A stretch of 64,000 nucleotides of DNA, taken from IMG/VR virus record IMGVR_UViG_3300025070_000018. One strand, given 5' to 3'. This DNA is from an uncultured virus (IMG/VR IMGVR_UViG_3300025070_000018). Lineage: Duplodnaviria > Heunggongvirae > Uroviricota > Caudoviricetes. Shown in pieces: positions 1-9,088 of the stretch. The notes beneath the pieces were generated by a model. That model did no database searches, was not told the DNA's origin, and worked only from the letters and a program-made list of their open reading frames with translations. The position numbers and the translations under genes are program-made. Within the stretch, counting starts at the first letter, position 1. The number at the start of each line of letters is the position of its first letter.

Positions 1-326
1 CAAGTAAAATTCTTATTATGATAAGAGCATCATTTCAGTTATATGGTGGTGGTACTTCTACAAACGCAACTGCAAAATTTAGAGTTATAAATACTTTTGA
101 CAGTTCAGATAATACTTTATTTACATCTACTGAACTACCTAGATATGATAGTTTTGATGGTAATCACGATTCATTAACTGATATAATACCGATAGATTAT
201 ATTGATAGTCCAAATACAACCTCTCAATGCACTATAAAATTGCAAATAGCTTGTGTTTCAGGACATTTCTCAACACAAGTATCAGGTAACAGAAGTGATA
301 TATTTTTACAAGAAATATTAGCATAA
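1..326 (+). CDS. Tail fibre/receptor-binding module protein, 5'-truncated by window edge
   Basis: Identical except one residue to the C-terminal part of 37421..37924. Confidence 0.75.
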   Translation, partial: SKILIMIRASFQLYGGGTSTNATAKFRVINTFDSSDNTLFTSTELPRYDSFDGNHDSLTDIIPIDYIDSPNTTSQCTIKLQIACVSGHFSTQVSGNRSDIFLQEILA

Positions 327-620
327 TGAAATTACAAGAAAGGAAAATAATATGACAGATATAATAAGTGCAATCAAATCTCTTGATGCAAACGCTCAAG
401 TAGTAGTCAATGGTGAACCTAGTAATCAAGCTGAGTACGAAAGCCAAGTAAAATATATCTCTGGTGCAGATGAGAATGGCAGTGCCATTTACAAAGACAC
501 ACAGGATTTTACATGGAGTGAAGTATCAGCAAAGAAAGCTGAGTTACAAACTGACTATGACAACAAGCAGTATCAAAGAGATAGAGCAGATGAATATCCA
601 TCTATAGCAGAACAGCTAGA
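1..620 (+). repeat. Direct repeat copy A (tail cassette segment)
   Basis: Matches 37599-~38220 at offset 37598; 5 substitutions in the first 326 nt, diverging after ~600. Confidence 0.97.
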
Positions 621-696
621 TGACATATATCACAATGGCGTTGATGGTTGGAAAACCACTATCAAAGCTACAAAAGACAAATATCCAAAGAGTTAA
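352..696 (+). CDS. Tail-associated protein, probable fibre assembly chaperone
   Basis: YQRDRADEYPSIAEQLDDIYH...KDKYPK C-terminus typical of small proteins following phage fibre genes; allele of 37950..38303. Confidence 0.6.
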   Translation: MTDIISAIKSLDANAQVVVNGEPSNQAEYESQVKYISGADENGSAIYKDTQDFTWSEVSAKKAELQTDYDNKQYQRDRADEYPSIAEQLDDIYHNGVDGWKTTIKATKDKYPKS

Positions 697-698
697 TT

Positions 699-737
699 AT
701 GTGTAATTATTGTGGTGGTGAATGTATTTGTAAATGA
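699..737 (+). CDS. Cys-rich micropeptide MCNYCGGECICK (12 aa)
   Basis: Fills the gap between two genes; stop overlaps next start (ATGA). Confidence 0.45.
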   Translation: MCNYCGGECICK

Positions 738-1003
738 CTCTAGATTTAAACCTTAAAAATATAGTTATAATAGGTTCACTTATTTCAGCATTAATAGGTA
801 ACGTATTTGTAGTAGGAAAACTATTTAGCGATTTTGAATTATTAAAAATTAGAATTGCAGGTGTAGAAGAAAGTCAGAATGTTCTAGAAATAAAACAAGA
901 TGTTTTAGAACTAGGATATAAAATAAAAGGTATAAAACTTATGATTGATGATGAATATAGAGCTTTATGCCAAAAGGATATGTCTAAAATACAGTGTAAA
1001 TAA
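734..1003 (+). CDS. Hypothetical membrane-anchored coiled-coil protein
   Basis: N-terminal hydrophobic helix then heptad-like region. Confidence 0.6.
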   Translation: MTLDLNLKNIVIIGSLISALIGNVFVVGKLFSDFELLKIRIAGVEESQNVLEIKQDVLELGYKIKGIKLMIDDEYRALCQKDMSKIQCK

Positions 1004-1005
1004 CT

Positions 1006-1200
1006 ATGAACAATTTAAATATTAAACCTCTTCTACCTTACATTATGATAATCTTTACAGTTGCAATGTCATGGGGAATGGTTTCAGAAAGACTTGAAGC
1101 TGTTGAAAAGAAGTCTGACTCAATATCACAAATGCAACAAGACATTGCGGTTATAAAAGAAAAAATTATTTGGATAGAGGAATATTTAATAGAAAGATAA
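1006..1200 (+). CDS. Small membrane-anchored coiled-coil protein (possibly lysis related)
   Basis: TM helix plus coiled coil; homologue at 38637..38837. Confidence 0.6.
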   Translation: MNNLNIKPLLPYIMIIFTVAMSWGMVSERLEAVEKKSDSISQMQQDIAVIKEKIIWIEEYLIER

Positions 1201-1201
1201 T

Positions 1202-1450
1202 ATGGCTACAGATAGAGAAAAAATATTAGATAAGTTACATGATGAACTAGCTAAAAATTTATTAGAAAAAGTACAAAGTGGTGAAGCAAAAGCTTCTGAC
1301 TTAAATGTAGCTAGACAATTTTTAAAAGATAATGGCGTAGAGGGATTACCCGTAGAAAACTCATCCTTGAAATCTTTAGTAGATGAACTACCATTTACAG
1401 AAGAAGAAGCAGAAGAGAAAATATTAAGCCATGCAGGAAATCAACAGTAA
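1202..1450 (+). CDS. Terminase small subunit (T7 gp18-like)
   Basis: ASDLNVARQFLKDNG motif; directly upstream of large subunit. Confidence 0.88.
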   Translation: MATDREKILDKLHDELAKNLLEKVQSGEAKASDLNVARQFLKDNGVEGLPVENSSLKSLVDELPFTEEEAEEKILSHAGNQQ

Positions 1451-3101
1451 GTTAAAAGACTTTCGTAATTTTTTATATATCTGTTGGAAACATTTAAAGC
1501 TACCAGAACCAACACCTATACAGTACGATATAGCAGATTTTATACAATCTAGAGAACATCAAAGACAAATTGTAGAAGCATTTAGAGGAGTTGGTAAATC
1601 ATGGATTACTTCAGCTTATGTATGTCACCAATTATTACTTAATCCTCAAGTTAATATTTTAGTTGTATCAGCTAGTAAAACTAGAGCTGATGACTTTTCA
1701 ACATTTACATTAAGATTAATTAATGAGATGCCTTTGTTACAACACTTGATACCAAGTGAAAGCCAAAGACAATCTAAGATTAGTTTTGACGTAAAACCTG
1801 CTAGGGCTTCTCATCAACCTTCAGTTAAATCTTTAGGTATTACAGGACAATTAGCGGGTAGTCGTGCTGACCTTATAGTTGCTGATGATGTGGAAGTACC
1901 TAACAACTCTATGACTCAAGGAATGAGAGAAAAATTATCCGAAAGTGTCAAAGAGTTTGAGTCAATCATTAAGCCTAAAGGCAGAATACTCTTTCTGGGT
2001 ACACCTCAGACTGAGCAAAGCCTATATAACATCTTACCAGAAAGAGGATATAGGCTACGAATTTGGACAGCTAAATATCCTAATAACAAACAATTAAAAA
2101 GTTTAGCTATAAATTTAGCTCCTAAGATACTTCAAGAAGTACAAACTAATAAACTTTTAGAGAATAAATCTACAGACCCTAAAAGATTTACTGATGAAGA
2201 CTTAATGGAGAGAGAAGCTTCGTATGGCCGTACTGGTTTTGCTATGCAGTTTATGTTAGATACTCGATTATCTGACTTAGACAAATATCCTTTAAAGCTT
2301 TCTGATTTAGTCGTAATGAATTTAAATCCAGATAAAGCTCCAGAAAAAGTGATATGGGCTACATCACCAGAGTTAAAGATAAACGACATACCATGTGTCG
2401 GTCTAAATGGTGATGCTTATTACAGACCTATGGCGGTACAAGGAGACTGGGCTGATTATACTGGAAGCGTTATGGCTATTGACCCTAGTGGCCGTGGTAA
2501 AGATGAAACTGCATACGCTGTAGTCAAGATGTTACATGGTCAATTATTCGTCACTAAGGCAGGTGGTTTGTCTGGTGGATATGATGACCAAACATTACAA
2601 AAGCTTTGCGACATAGCCAAAGAAGAAAAGGTTAATCTTGTACTTATCGAGAGTAACTTTGGAGACGGAATGTTTACCAAAATGATTACACCTTTCTTTA
2701 TGCGTACTCATAAAGTAACCATAGAGGAAATTCGACACAACACACAAAAAGAAAAGCGAATTGTAGACACTTTAGAACCAGTTCTTAATCAGCACAGACT
2801 TATCGTTAATCAAGACGTTATTGATAGAGACTATGCGTCTACACAGCATTTACCACCAGAGTCAGCTTTAAAATACCAACTGTTTTATCAAATGAGTAGA
2901 GTTACCAGAGATAGAGGTAGTTTAGCCCATGATGACAGATTAGACGTTTTAAGTATGGCTGTAGGATATTGGGTAGAGCAGATGTCCAGAGATGTAGATA
3001 TGGCCATGAGAGACTCTAAAAACCAGAAAATCAACCAAGAATTAGACAGGTTTATACAAAATGCCGTGGGTAGAAAACCACAGCCTTTACGTTGGTTTTA
3101 A
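1431..3101 (+). CDS. Terminase large subunit (T7 gp19-like)
   Basis: AFRGVGKS Walker A, GSRADLIVADDVE Walker B, IDPSGRGKDET and HDDRLD nuclease motifs. Confidence 0.96.
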   Translation: MQEINSKLKDFRNFLYICWKHLKLPEPTPIQYDIADFIQSREHQRQIVEAFRGVGKSWITSAYVCHQLLLNPQVNILVVSASKTRADDFSTFTLRLINEMPLLQHLIPSESQRQSKISFDVKPARASHQPSVKSLGITGQLAGSRADLIVADDVEVPNNSMTQGMREKLSESVKEFESIIKPKGRILFLGTPQTEQSLYNILPERGYRLRIWTAKYPNNKQLKSLAINLAPKILQEVQTNKLLENKSTDPKRFTDEDLMEREASYGRTGFAMQFMLDTRLSDLDKYPLKLSDLVVMNLNPDKAPEKVIWATSPELKINDIPCVGLNGDAYYRPMAVQGDWADYTGSVMAIDPSGRGKDETAYAVVKMLHGQLFVTKAGGLSGGYDDQTLQKLCDIAKEEKVNLVLIESNFGDGMFTKMITPFFMRTHKVTIEEIRHNTQKEKRIVDTLEPVLNQHRLIVNQDVIDRDYASTQHLPPESALKYQLFYQMSRVTRDRGSLAHDDRLDVLSMAVGYWVEQMSRDVDMAMRDSKNQKINQELDRFIQNAVGRKPQPLRWF

Positions 3102-3121
3102 TTAAGTTCCACCTTAAGAGG
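3100..3121 (+). promoter_or_regulatory. Phage RNAP promoter (phiOR-like position)
   Basis: AATTAAGTTCCACCTTAAGAGG, 19/20 identical to 11619-11638; T7/SP6-like promoter architecture. Confidence 0.75.
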
Positions 3122-3125
3122 GGAA

Positions 3126-3196
3126 GATAACTATAGAGTATATTCCCTATAGATAACTTTAGATAACTAAAGGAGAACTAGAGATGCCTAAAGATG
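3126..3196 (+). repeat. Short heptamer repeats (ACTATAG/CCTATAG/ACTTTAG/ACTAAAG/CCTAAAG) like T7 terminal short-repeat arrays
   Basis: Visible cluster after the last promoter; T7 has CCTAAAG arrays beside its terminal repeats. Confidence 0.5.
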
Positions 3197-3360
3197 ATAA
3201 GACTATTACCTCATCATATAATAATAAATATATAAAACCTAAGAGAGTTAAGTTTAGTAAGACATACTCTAAGCTTAAAAGTAAAGAGTTTCTCTTAGAT
3301 GACTTAAATAATTTCATTAATTACTTATTAAATAAATCAGACATAGAAAGGTATTACTAA
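3184..3360 (+). CDS. Hypothetical protein (58 aa)
   Basis: AAAGGAG RBS; open frame MPKDDK...ERYY. Confidence 0.5.
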   Translation: MPKDDKTITSSYNNKYIKPKRVKFSKTYSKLKSKEFLLDDLNNFINYLLNKSDIERYY

Positions 3361-3361
3361 T

Positions 3362-3529
3362 ATGAGTAACAAGAAAGTATGGGAAAAGCCTAACCCTATA
3401 CCTAAGAAAGACCGTAAGACTCTTAAAGGTAAAAAAGGATATTCTTCAGCTAAAGCTAGTGCAGACGCTAAGTTTGGCTCTAAGCCGTCATTGGTCAAAA
3501 ATATGTATATTGCCAAGAAGATGGCCTAA
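3362..3529 (+). CDS. Small basic protein (55 aa)
   Basis: MSNKKVWEKPNP...SLVKNMYIAKKMA; stop overlaps next start. Confidence 0.6.
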   Translation: MSNKKVWEKPNPIPKKDRKTLKGKKGYSSAKASADAKFGSKPSLVKNMYIAKKMA

Positions 3530-3729
3530 TGATTACACTACCAATTACTCTTGTGACTCTATGGCTTAACGGTATAGCAACCTTCTGGGCTTTCTATGAT
3601 TTTCAAAGCTGTGAAGATGTTCAAGCATTTATGAAAACCAATAGTAAGGTTACGTCTTCTCATTGTATGACTAAAGAACAAGCGTCTGACTTTTGGAAAC
3701 AAATAAGTAAACCAAAGCTCTCATCCTAA
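3529..3729 (+). CDS. Hypothetical exported/membrane protein
   Basis: Hydrophobic N-terminus, two Cys. Confidence 0.55.
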   Translation: MITLPITLVTLWLNGIATFWAFYDFQSCEDVQAFMKTNSKVTSSHCMTKEQASDFWKQISKPKLSS

Positions 3730-4010
3730 ATAATTTGGTAAAAAAATGCGAAGGGGTTATCGTATAGTAACAAGCTGATTTTACCCCGTATAATCTTCTA
3801 ATACTCGGCCAAAACGTCAATAGGTACGGTACTATCATTTATTGCGGTATATCTTTGCAAAGCTAAATAAAATTATTTGTTGTATATCCTGCAAAATATA
3901 TTGACGACTGGATTTACAATCCACAAGATTTAATAAATGTCAGTAAAATTTTTTTATTTTTGCTGTCTGTCTTTTATCCATTGTATCTATATTTTTTTTC
4001 AAGCCATTAG

Positions 4011-4051
4011 TAAACAATCAGCAACCAATCAATAAACAATCAGCAACCAAT
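4011..4051 (+). repeat. 19-bp direct repeat x2 (TAAACAATCAGCAACCAAT, period 22)
   Basis: 4011-4029 and 4033-4051. Confidence 0.9.
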
Positions 4052-4104
4052 AGTAAATATATAATATGAATAGACTGTTGCATTTTTGCAACACTATCAT
4101 AACT

Positions 4105-4188
4105 ACTACAAGCTTGAAGTTATCCACAGATATTTTTTTTATTTAATTAATTATAAGCTTGCATTAGCTACAAGTTTGTATTTAATAA
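4105..4188 (+). promoter_or_regulatory. Early sigma70-type promoter region with three operator copies and a DnaA box
   Basis: Operators 4105-4120, 4150-4165, 4167-4182; -35 TTGCAT 4159-4164 with a non-canonical -10; TTATCCACA at 4120-4128. Confidence 0.6.
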
Positions 4189-4224
4189 TTAATGAATAAA
4201 CAATAAATAATACGGAGTGAATAC

Positions 4225-5145
4225 ATGACTTATACTAAACAAAAGATGCAAGAAATTGCTGACCTAGTAATTAATGCTATGGAGAAAAAAGGTACTGACT
4301 GGATTAAGCCGTTTAGCTATCAAACTAAATTAAGTAACGGTCAATCTAATACACCGCAGAATTTAAGGGGTACTTATTATAGCGGAATTAATTCTTTAAT
4401 CTTAGGATTAAAAGCTGATGCAATAGGCTACAAGGCGAACAAGTGGGCTACCTTCAAACAAATAAACGAAGCAGGCGGAACAGTTAACAAGGGAGAAAAA
4501 GGTTCTAGCGTTTGTTATTATGGCCAATCTACATCTAAGACAACTAACGAAGGCGGTGAGGAAGTTACTGACACATACAGATTTTTAAAATTTTATAGTG
4601 TCTTTAATATTGACCAAACAACACTAGAAGACAAACCTATTATTGTTAAACCTAGGCCATTAGTTGAGCGTATTGACCATGTAGAAAAGTTTGTAGCAAA
4701 CACAAAAGCTACTATCATTCACGACGAAGCAGGGTCTTGCTATTATAGACCTGCAACTGATACTATTAATATGTCACCGCTTGATACTTGGAAGAATATA
4801 GGAAGTAATACAAAAGAAGAATTGTATTATAGTACATTGTTACACGAGTTAGTTCATTGGACTGGTGATAAAAAAAGATGTGACCGTGACAAAAGCAATA
4901 ACGTGTTCGGTAACGAAGCTTATGCCTTCGAAGAGTTAGTAGCAGAGTTTGGTTCAGCCATGGCCTGCGGTACTCTGGAGATAACCAAAGAACCTAGCGA
5001 CCAACACGCCAAGTATTTAAATTCTTGGATGCGTAAAATTAAAGACGAGCCAAAGGCAATCTTTAAGGCAACCGCACTGGCTCAAAAATCAATAGACTAT
5101 TTATATAGTTTACAAAAAGAAGAACCAGTAAAGGCGGTAGCGTAA
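4225..5145 (+). CDS. ardC: ArdC-like antirestriction protein (ssDNA-binding domain + zincin-like domain)
   Basis: YSGIN, WATFKQ, V-KGEKG, FNIDQT, HELVHWTG and YAFEELVAE motifs; first early gene, position of T7 ocr. Confidence 0.88.
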   Translation: MTYTKQKMQEIADLVINAMEKKGTDWIKPFSYQTKLSNGQSNTPQNLRGTYYSGINSLILGLKADAIGYKANKWATFKQINEAGGTVNKGEKGSSVCYYGQSTSKTTNEGGEEVTDTYRFLKFYSVFNIDQTTLEDKPIIVKPRPLVERIDHVEKFVANTKATIIHDEAGSCYYRPATDTINMSPLDTWKNIGSNTKEELYYSTLLHELVHWTGDKKRCDRDKSNNVFGNEAYAFEELVAEFGSAMACGTLEITKEPSDQHAKYLNSWMRKIKDEPKAIFKATALAQKSIDYLYSLQKEEPVKAVA

Positions 5146-5325
5146 ATGTTTATAAATCTATTTAGAGTATTTCTTGGCCTGCTATCTATTAGCGGGCTAA
5201 GTTTAATTTTATTTTGTATGGCAACTAATCAGAATATGGATTTACCTATATTAATGCAATTCGCATTGATGGGATGTTTTATCTATGGCCTGCAATTAGC
5301 AATTAAATCAAGGGAGGTAATTTAA
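5146..5325 (+). CDS. Small two-TM membrane protein (59 aa)
   Basis: Translated by hand: MFINLFRVFLGLLSISGLSLILFCM...ILMQFALMGCFIYGLQLAIKSREVI. Confidence 0.6.
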   Translation: MFINLFRVFLGLLSISGLSLILFCMATNQNMDLPILMQFALMGCFIYGLQLAIKSREVI

Positions 5326-5326
5326 A

Positions 5327-5500
5327 ATGGAATTAAAAGTTACAATTCGTAATCATTACGGGAAGGATTTTATTTATCCATATTGTGAAAAATCAGAAGT
5401 GTTTGCAATAATAACTGGTAAACGAACATTGACAGATAAAGATATTCATTGGATAAAAACCTTAGGCTACACGTTTAAAGTTATAGAAAGGACTTTATAA
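5327..5500 (+). CDS. Hypothetical early protein (57 aa)
   Basis: GGAGG RBS; MELKVTIRNHYGKDFIYPYCEKS... Confidence 0.65.
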   Translation: MELKVTIRNHYGKDFIYPYCEKSEVFAIITGKRTLTDKDIHWIKTLGYTFKVIERTL

Positions 5501-5501
5501 A

Positions 5502-5759
5502 ATGTCATTAACAAAAAAACATTTGATTAAACTTTGTGATAGATGTGCCGTGCTTAACGTAACAGAATATAAAACTGTTGAAGCGGAGCAGATAGCACAA
5601 GAAACAATTCATTTTATAGAGTCGTTTGCAATAGATAACTGTAAAAACTTTTCATGGGATATTTGGAGAAATCACAAACAGAAAAAAGAACAGTCTATTA
5701 TTGCAGGTAGACAATTCATAGACACATTAACAAACGGAGAAAATAACAATGAGAGATAG
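5502..5759 (+). CDS. Hypothetical early protein
   Basis: ORF with RBS in early operon. Confidence 0.6.
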   Translation: MSLTKKHLIKLCDRCAVLNVTEYKTVEAEQIAQETIHFIESFAIDNCKNFSWDIWRNHKQKKEQSIIAGRQFIDTLTNGENNNER

Positions 5760-5931
5760 ACAATATTTAGAAAATCAATTTAAAAGATTAATAAATAGTA
5801 CGTATGGATTTAAAATTCAAATATCTGATTGTGAGGGTAACAAAACTAATCACATGGATTTGACACCAAACAGAACCAAACATATTTTGGAATGGTTAGA
5901 ACAAAATTGGTCTGTAACTGTAGAGAAATAA
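5749..5931 (+). CDS. Hypothetical early protein
   Basis: GGAG RBS, overlaps upstream gene. Confidence 0.6.
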   Translation: MRDRQYLENQFKRLINSTYGFKIQISDCEGNKTNHMDLTPNRTKHILEWLEQNWSVTVEK

Positions 5932-6037
5932 AACAATGAGAAATAAAAAAGCAGAGACTATTTTTATAGTCCTATCTTTTCTACTAATTTATTCAGTAAT
6001 ATTCTATATTATTGCAATCAGATAATTTTTCAATTTT

Positions 6038-6075
6038 TGCAGGCATTTTGAGTTTTTCAAGTGCCTGCATTTTTT
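6038..6075 (+). terminator. Intrinsic terminator of first early operon
   Basis: TGCAGGCAT...GTGCCTGCA stem followed by T6. Confidence 0.8.
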
Positions 6076-6153
6076 ATAATTCTACTATCATCATACCTGC
6101 GGAACACCAATAGACGTTCATACCTGCGGAATATAATCCTATAAAAAATATAT

Positions 6154-6191
6154 ACTACGGGCTTGCAATTAAAACGAACTTACACTAGAGT
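6154..6191 (+). promoter_or_regulatory. Sigma70 promoter overlapped by two operator copies
   Basis: TTGCAA(6163-6168)-N17-TAGAGT(6186-6191); operators 6154-6169 and 6171-6186. Confidence 0.7.
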
Positions 6192-6222
6192 CTAAGATAT
6201 AAACAAAGACTTGGAGGTCTAA

Positions 6223-6390
6223 ATGAAAACAATAACATTAATAGTATATGTTTGTATGGTGTCGAACCAGACTTGTTTTACACTAGAAGAACCACAAGCA
6301 AGTATGGAGGAATGTCAAGCGAATGATTTGTTATTACGAACTGAGTTTGAACATGATGAAAATATAACTGTAAGGGTAGACTGCAAATGA
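6223..6390 (+). CDS. Hypothetical protein (55 aa, 4 Cys)
   Basis: GGAGGT RBS (within an AGACTTGGAGGTCT hairpin). Confidence 0.6.
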   Translation: MKTITLIVYVCMVSNQTCFTLEEPQASMEECQANDLLLRTEFEHDENITVRVDCK

Positions 6391-6592
6391 AAGATGAAAA
6401 AACCTTAGAAAGTTATAAGAATAAAAACAAAGGAATGACTACAGAACAAAGAAAACAATTAAAAGAACGCAAGAGAGTAGAAAAATATTTTTCAAGCAGA
6501 CAAGATTATTACAAAAATAAAAATGTAATTGAGACTGATGAATAATATTTATTTAACTACGAACTTGAAATTTATAAAGGAGTGTATATAAA

Positions 6593-6805
6593 ATGAATAA
6601 TCAAAATGTTACTTTACTACCACAAAAATCTACTACTATCATACCTGCCGTATCAAAGAACGGTTACTTAACTGTTCAGGTTGTCTTCACTAGAAGAGAA
6701 GCAGACGGCCTAAGAACATACGGGTCAAAAGAGTTTGATAAGTACAACGTAGAAGGTTTTAAGAGAGCATTAAATAAACTTCAAAGAACTTTAGGAAGTT
6801 TATAA
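6593..6805 (+). CDS. Hypothetical early protein
   Basis: AAGGAG RBS; operator copy at 6556-6571 upstream. Confidence 0.6.
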   Translation: MNNQNVTLLPQKSTTIIPAVSKNGYLTVQVVFTRREADGLRTYGSKEFDKYNVEGFKRALNKLQRTLGSL

Positions 6806-6815
6806 CAAGTTTAAC

Positions 6816-7106
6816 ATGGAAACTTTACTCATGTTAATTATAGTCGGTGGGGGTGTATTTCTTTGTTTATTCCTCCGTTATAAAATCATCCTCACCGCTA
6901 TTTATAAGAATTTATACACAAAATTTTTTCACTTTATATGTAGAAATTGCAGAGGAAATGGTTACATAAGAGTAACATTTGAAGCGGAGGAACATATACA
7001 TCAATGTGATATCTGCAAAAGTGAAGGTATATTGAAAGGAGGTAAATACTATGTCAAAGCTATTGTGCAACTATATAGAACGTACAAAACTAAAGTATCA
7101 TTTTAG
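6816..7106 (+). CDS. DnaJ-central-domain-like zinc finger protein with N-terminal TM
   Basis: CRNCRGNG...CDICKSEG. Confidence 0.6.
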   Translation: METLLMLIIVGGGVFLCLFLRYKIILTAIYKNLYTKFFHFICRNCRGNGYIRVTFEAEEHIHQCDICKSEGILKGGKYYVKAIVQLYRTYKTKVSF

Positions 7107-7388
7107 TGCTACAACAAAGAGAACAAGTATGTCTTGTGGCAATCAAAATGGTTGGATTGATAATTTAAACAACGCACCCAATTAGAAAGGACGAAAAATG
7201 TTTTTTAGATTTTTACATGACATTTCTTTTTGTTTTTTAGGGAGGGAGTTTTATTTAGAAGTTTTCAGAACAAAGTCAAATAGACTTTATGAAACTATTA
7301 ATATAAATACTTACGAAAAAATAATAATAATATTTGGTAGTTTACAAATTCATGTGTGTAAATTATCAAAGTAACTATATGGAGGGCT

Positions 7389-7754
7389 ATGAGCAAAAAT
7401 AATAATTTACGAAGACTTCAGAATTTACTTCGTGAATTTGCTACATTAGAAAATTCTTTAGTTAATTCACAAGGTTTACCATTGCAGGTGGCTAGATTAT
7501 TTATAGCTATTTGCAACAAGCTTGGTGAAGAGAATAGTGTATCAACAAGTGATGTAAATGAGTTGTTAGGTTATAATTCAGCAACACTTAGTAGAAATAT
7601 AAATACACTGTCAAATAGACCTAAACGTAGTGGAACAGGTCTAGGGTTAATTACTACAGAAGAGAATATACATGACAGACGTAGTAAGTTAATCAAAATA
7701 ACCACAAAAGGTAAGGCACTACAAAATAAACTGCTTGATATAATGAAAGGATAA
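7389..7754 (+). CDS. MarR-like winged-helix transcriptional regulator
   Basis: SATLSRNINTL helix and GLI...DRRSKLIKITTKGK wing. Confidence 0.8.
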   Translation: MSKNNNLRRLQNLLREFATLENSLVNSQGLPLQVARLFIAICNKLGEENSVSTSDVNELLGYNSATLSRNINTLSNRPKRSGTGLGLITTEENIHDRRSKLIKITTKGKALQNKLLDIMKG

Positions 7755-7756
7755 AT

Positions 7757-8860
7757 ATGCCAAGTAATGCGAAACAATCGCCAACAAAAGGTGTTCGCCC
7801 TAATTACAACGAGAGGGGAGAAACTGTAAGTTGGTTTGTAGATGCTAGTTACACTCATGTTGATGAGGTATCTGGCCAGAAGGAAGTCAAAAGAGCTACT
7901 GCTACAGTCAAGACCTATGAAGAAGCTGTAAATAAAAAACAGCAACTTCAAGAGCAATTAGTGTACGGTATACCTATTGAGAAGAAAGAAAAGAAATGGA
8001 CTTTGTTAGAAGCCAAAGACAATGTTTTTAAAAATCATTGGGAAGGTAGTAAAGCTGAGAAGACAGCTCTCATCAACTATCATACCTGCGAAGATTACTT
8101 TGGTAAAAACAGACCATTAGAAACTATTGACGAAGACTTAATAGATGATTTCAAAGACCATTTGAAAGAGTTAGGTTTAAGTAATTCGACAATCAATCGT
8201 AAGCTTTCCGCTTTAAGTAAATTATTAACTCAAGCTTTAAAGAAAAGAAGGTTAAAGCAAAAACCATACATTGAGTTTTATAAGAAATCTAAAAGTAGGA
8301 AGAGGGTACTTAGTGATATAGAAGAAAAGATGTTTTTAGATATATGTCAGCAATGGGGTATAGGTGAAGTATCTGATTATTTTATATTTTTGTTAGAGTC
8401 TGGTGTCAGACCTTGGAAAGAAGGTTTGGTAGTTAGAAAGTTAGATGTTGATTTAAAAAATAATACAATTCATGTCTGGCAAACTAAACAAAGTACCGAT
8501 AGAACCATTTTTATGACAGGTAAATTAAGAGAAGTTATCCAGAGAAGAATGAAGATAATTCAAGATCCGCAAGGGAGATTATTTACATTTACTAGAGATA
8601 CTTTCTTTAACTACTGGTACAAGGTAAAAGCCCAAATGGACTTGGAGAATGACAAAACATTTATACCATATATGTTACGTCATACTTGTTGTACTAGGTT
8701 AGCTAAATCAAATCTTAGTTTACTTAAAATAAAAGAATGGATGGGTCACAAATCTATATTAACAACTATGGAATATGCCCATCTAAATACACAAAGCTTA
8801 ATGGATTGTGCCAAAGCTTTAGAAAATCATAGATTAGATTTGGAATTTTCCAGAAATTAA
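7757..8860 (+). CDS. int: Tyrosine integrase
   Basis: SGVRP, YMLRHTCCTRL and MGHKSILTTMEY catalytic motifs. Confidence 0.93.
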   Translation: MPSNAKQSPTKGVRPNYNERGETVSWFVDASYTHVDEVSGQKEVKRATATVKTYEEAVNKKQQLQEQLVYGIPIEKKEKKWTLLEAKDNVFKNHWEGSKAEKTALINYHTCEDYFGKNRPLETIDEDLIDDFKDHLKELGLSNSTINRKLSALSKLLTQALKKRRLKQKPYIEFYKKSKSRKRVLSDIEEKMFLDICQQWGIGEVSDYFIFLLESGVRPWKEGLVVRKLDVDLKNNTIHVWQTKQSTDRTIFMTGKLREVIQRRMKIIQDPQGRLFTFTRDTFFNYWYKVKAQMDLENDKTFIPYMLRHTCCTRLAKSNLSLLKIKEWMGHKSILTTMEYAHLNTQSLMDCAKALENHRLDLEFSRN

Positions 8861-8893
8861 TCTATAAAATGTTGCAAATGGATTGCAAAACGA

Positions 8894-8980
8894 GGGCGTA
8901 TGGCGAAATTTGGTAGACGCAACGGACTTAAAATCCGTGCCATTTATGGAGTGCCAGTTCGAGTCTGGCTACGCCCACCA
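8894..8980 (+). tRNA. tRNA-Leu(UAA), probably containing the attP core
   Basis: Acceptor GGGCGTA/TACGCCC+ACCA, anticodon arm ACGGA-CTTAAAA-TCCGT, T-arm GCCAG-TTCGAGT-CTGGC, long variable arm; sits between int and RNAP. Confidence 0.95.
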
Positions 8981-9088
8981 CATCTACTGGTCTTAAAATC
9001 AAGAGACCAATAGAAACGCCCTCGTAGTAATCCAAAAAATCCTAGTTATCTAGGCTTTATCAAGCAACATTTTTATTATAAACCTATA

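Noticed and set aside
1..620. Simple circular-assembly overlap or phage terminal repeat
   Set aside because: Copies differ and lie in tail genes, not between terminase and early genes
4011..6131. CRISPR or mini-array from the short direct repeats at 4011-4051 and 6091-6131
   Set aside because: Only two copies each, spacers of 3 and 13 nt, no cas genes
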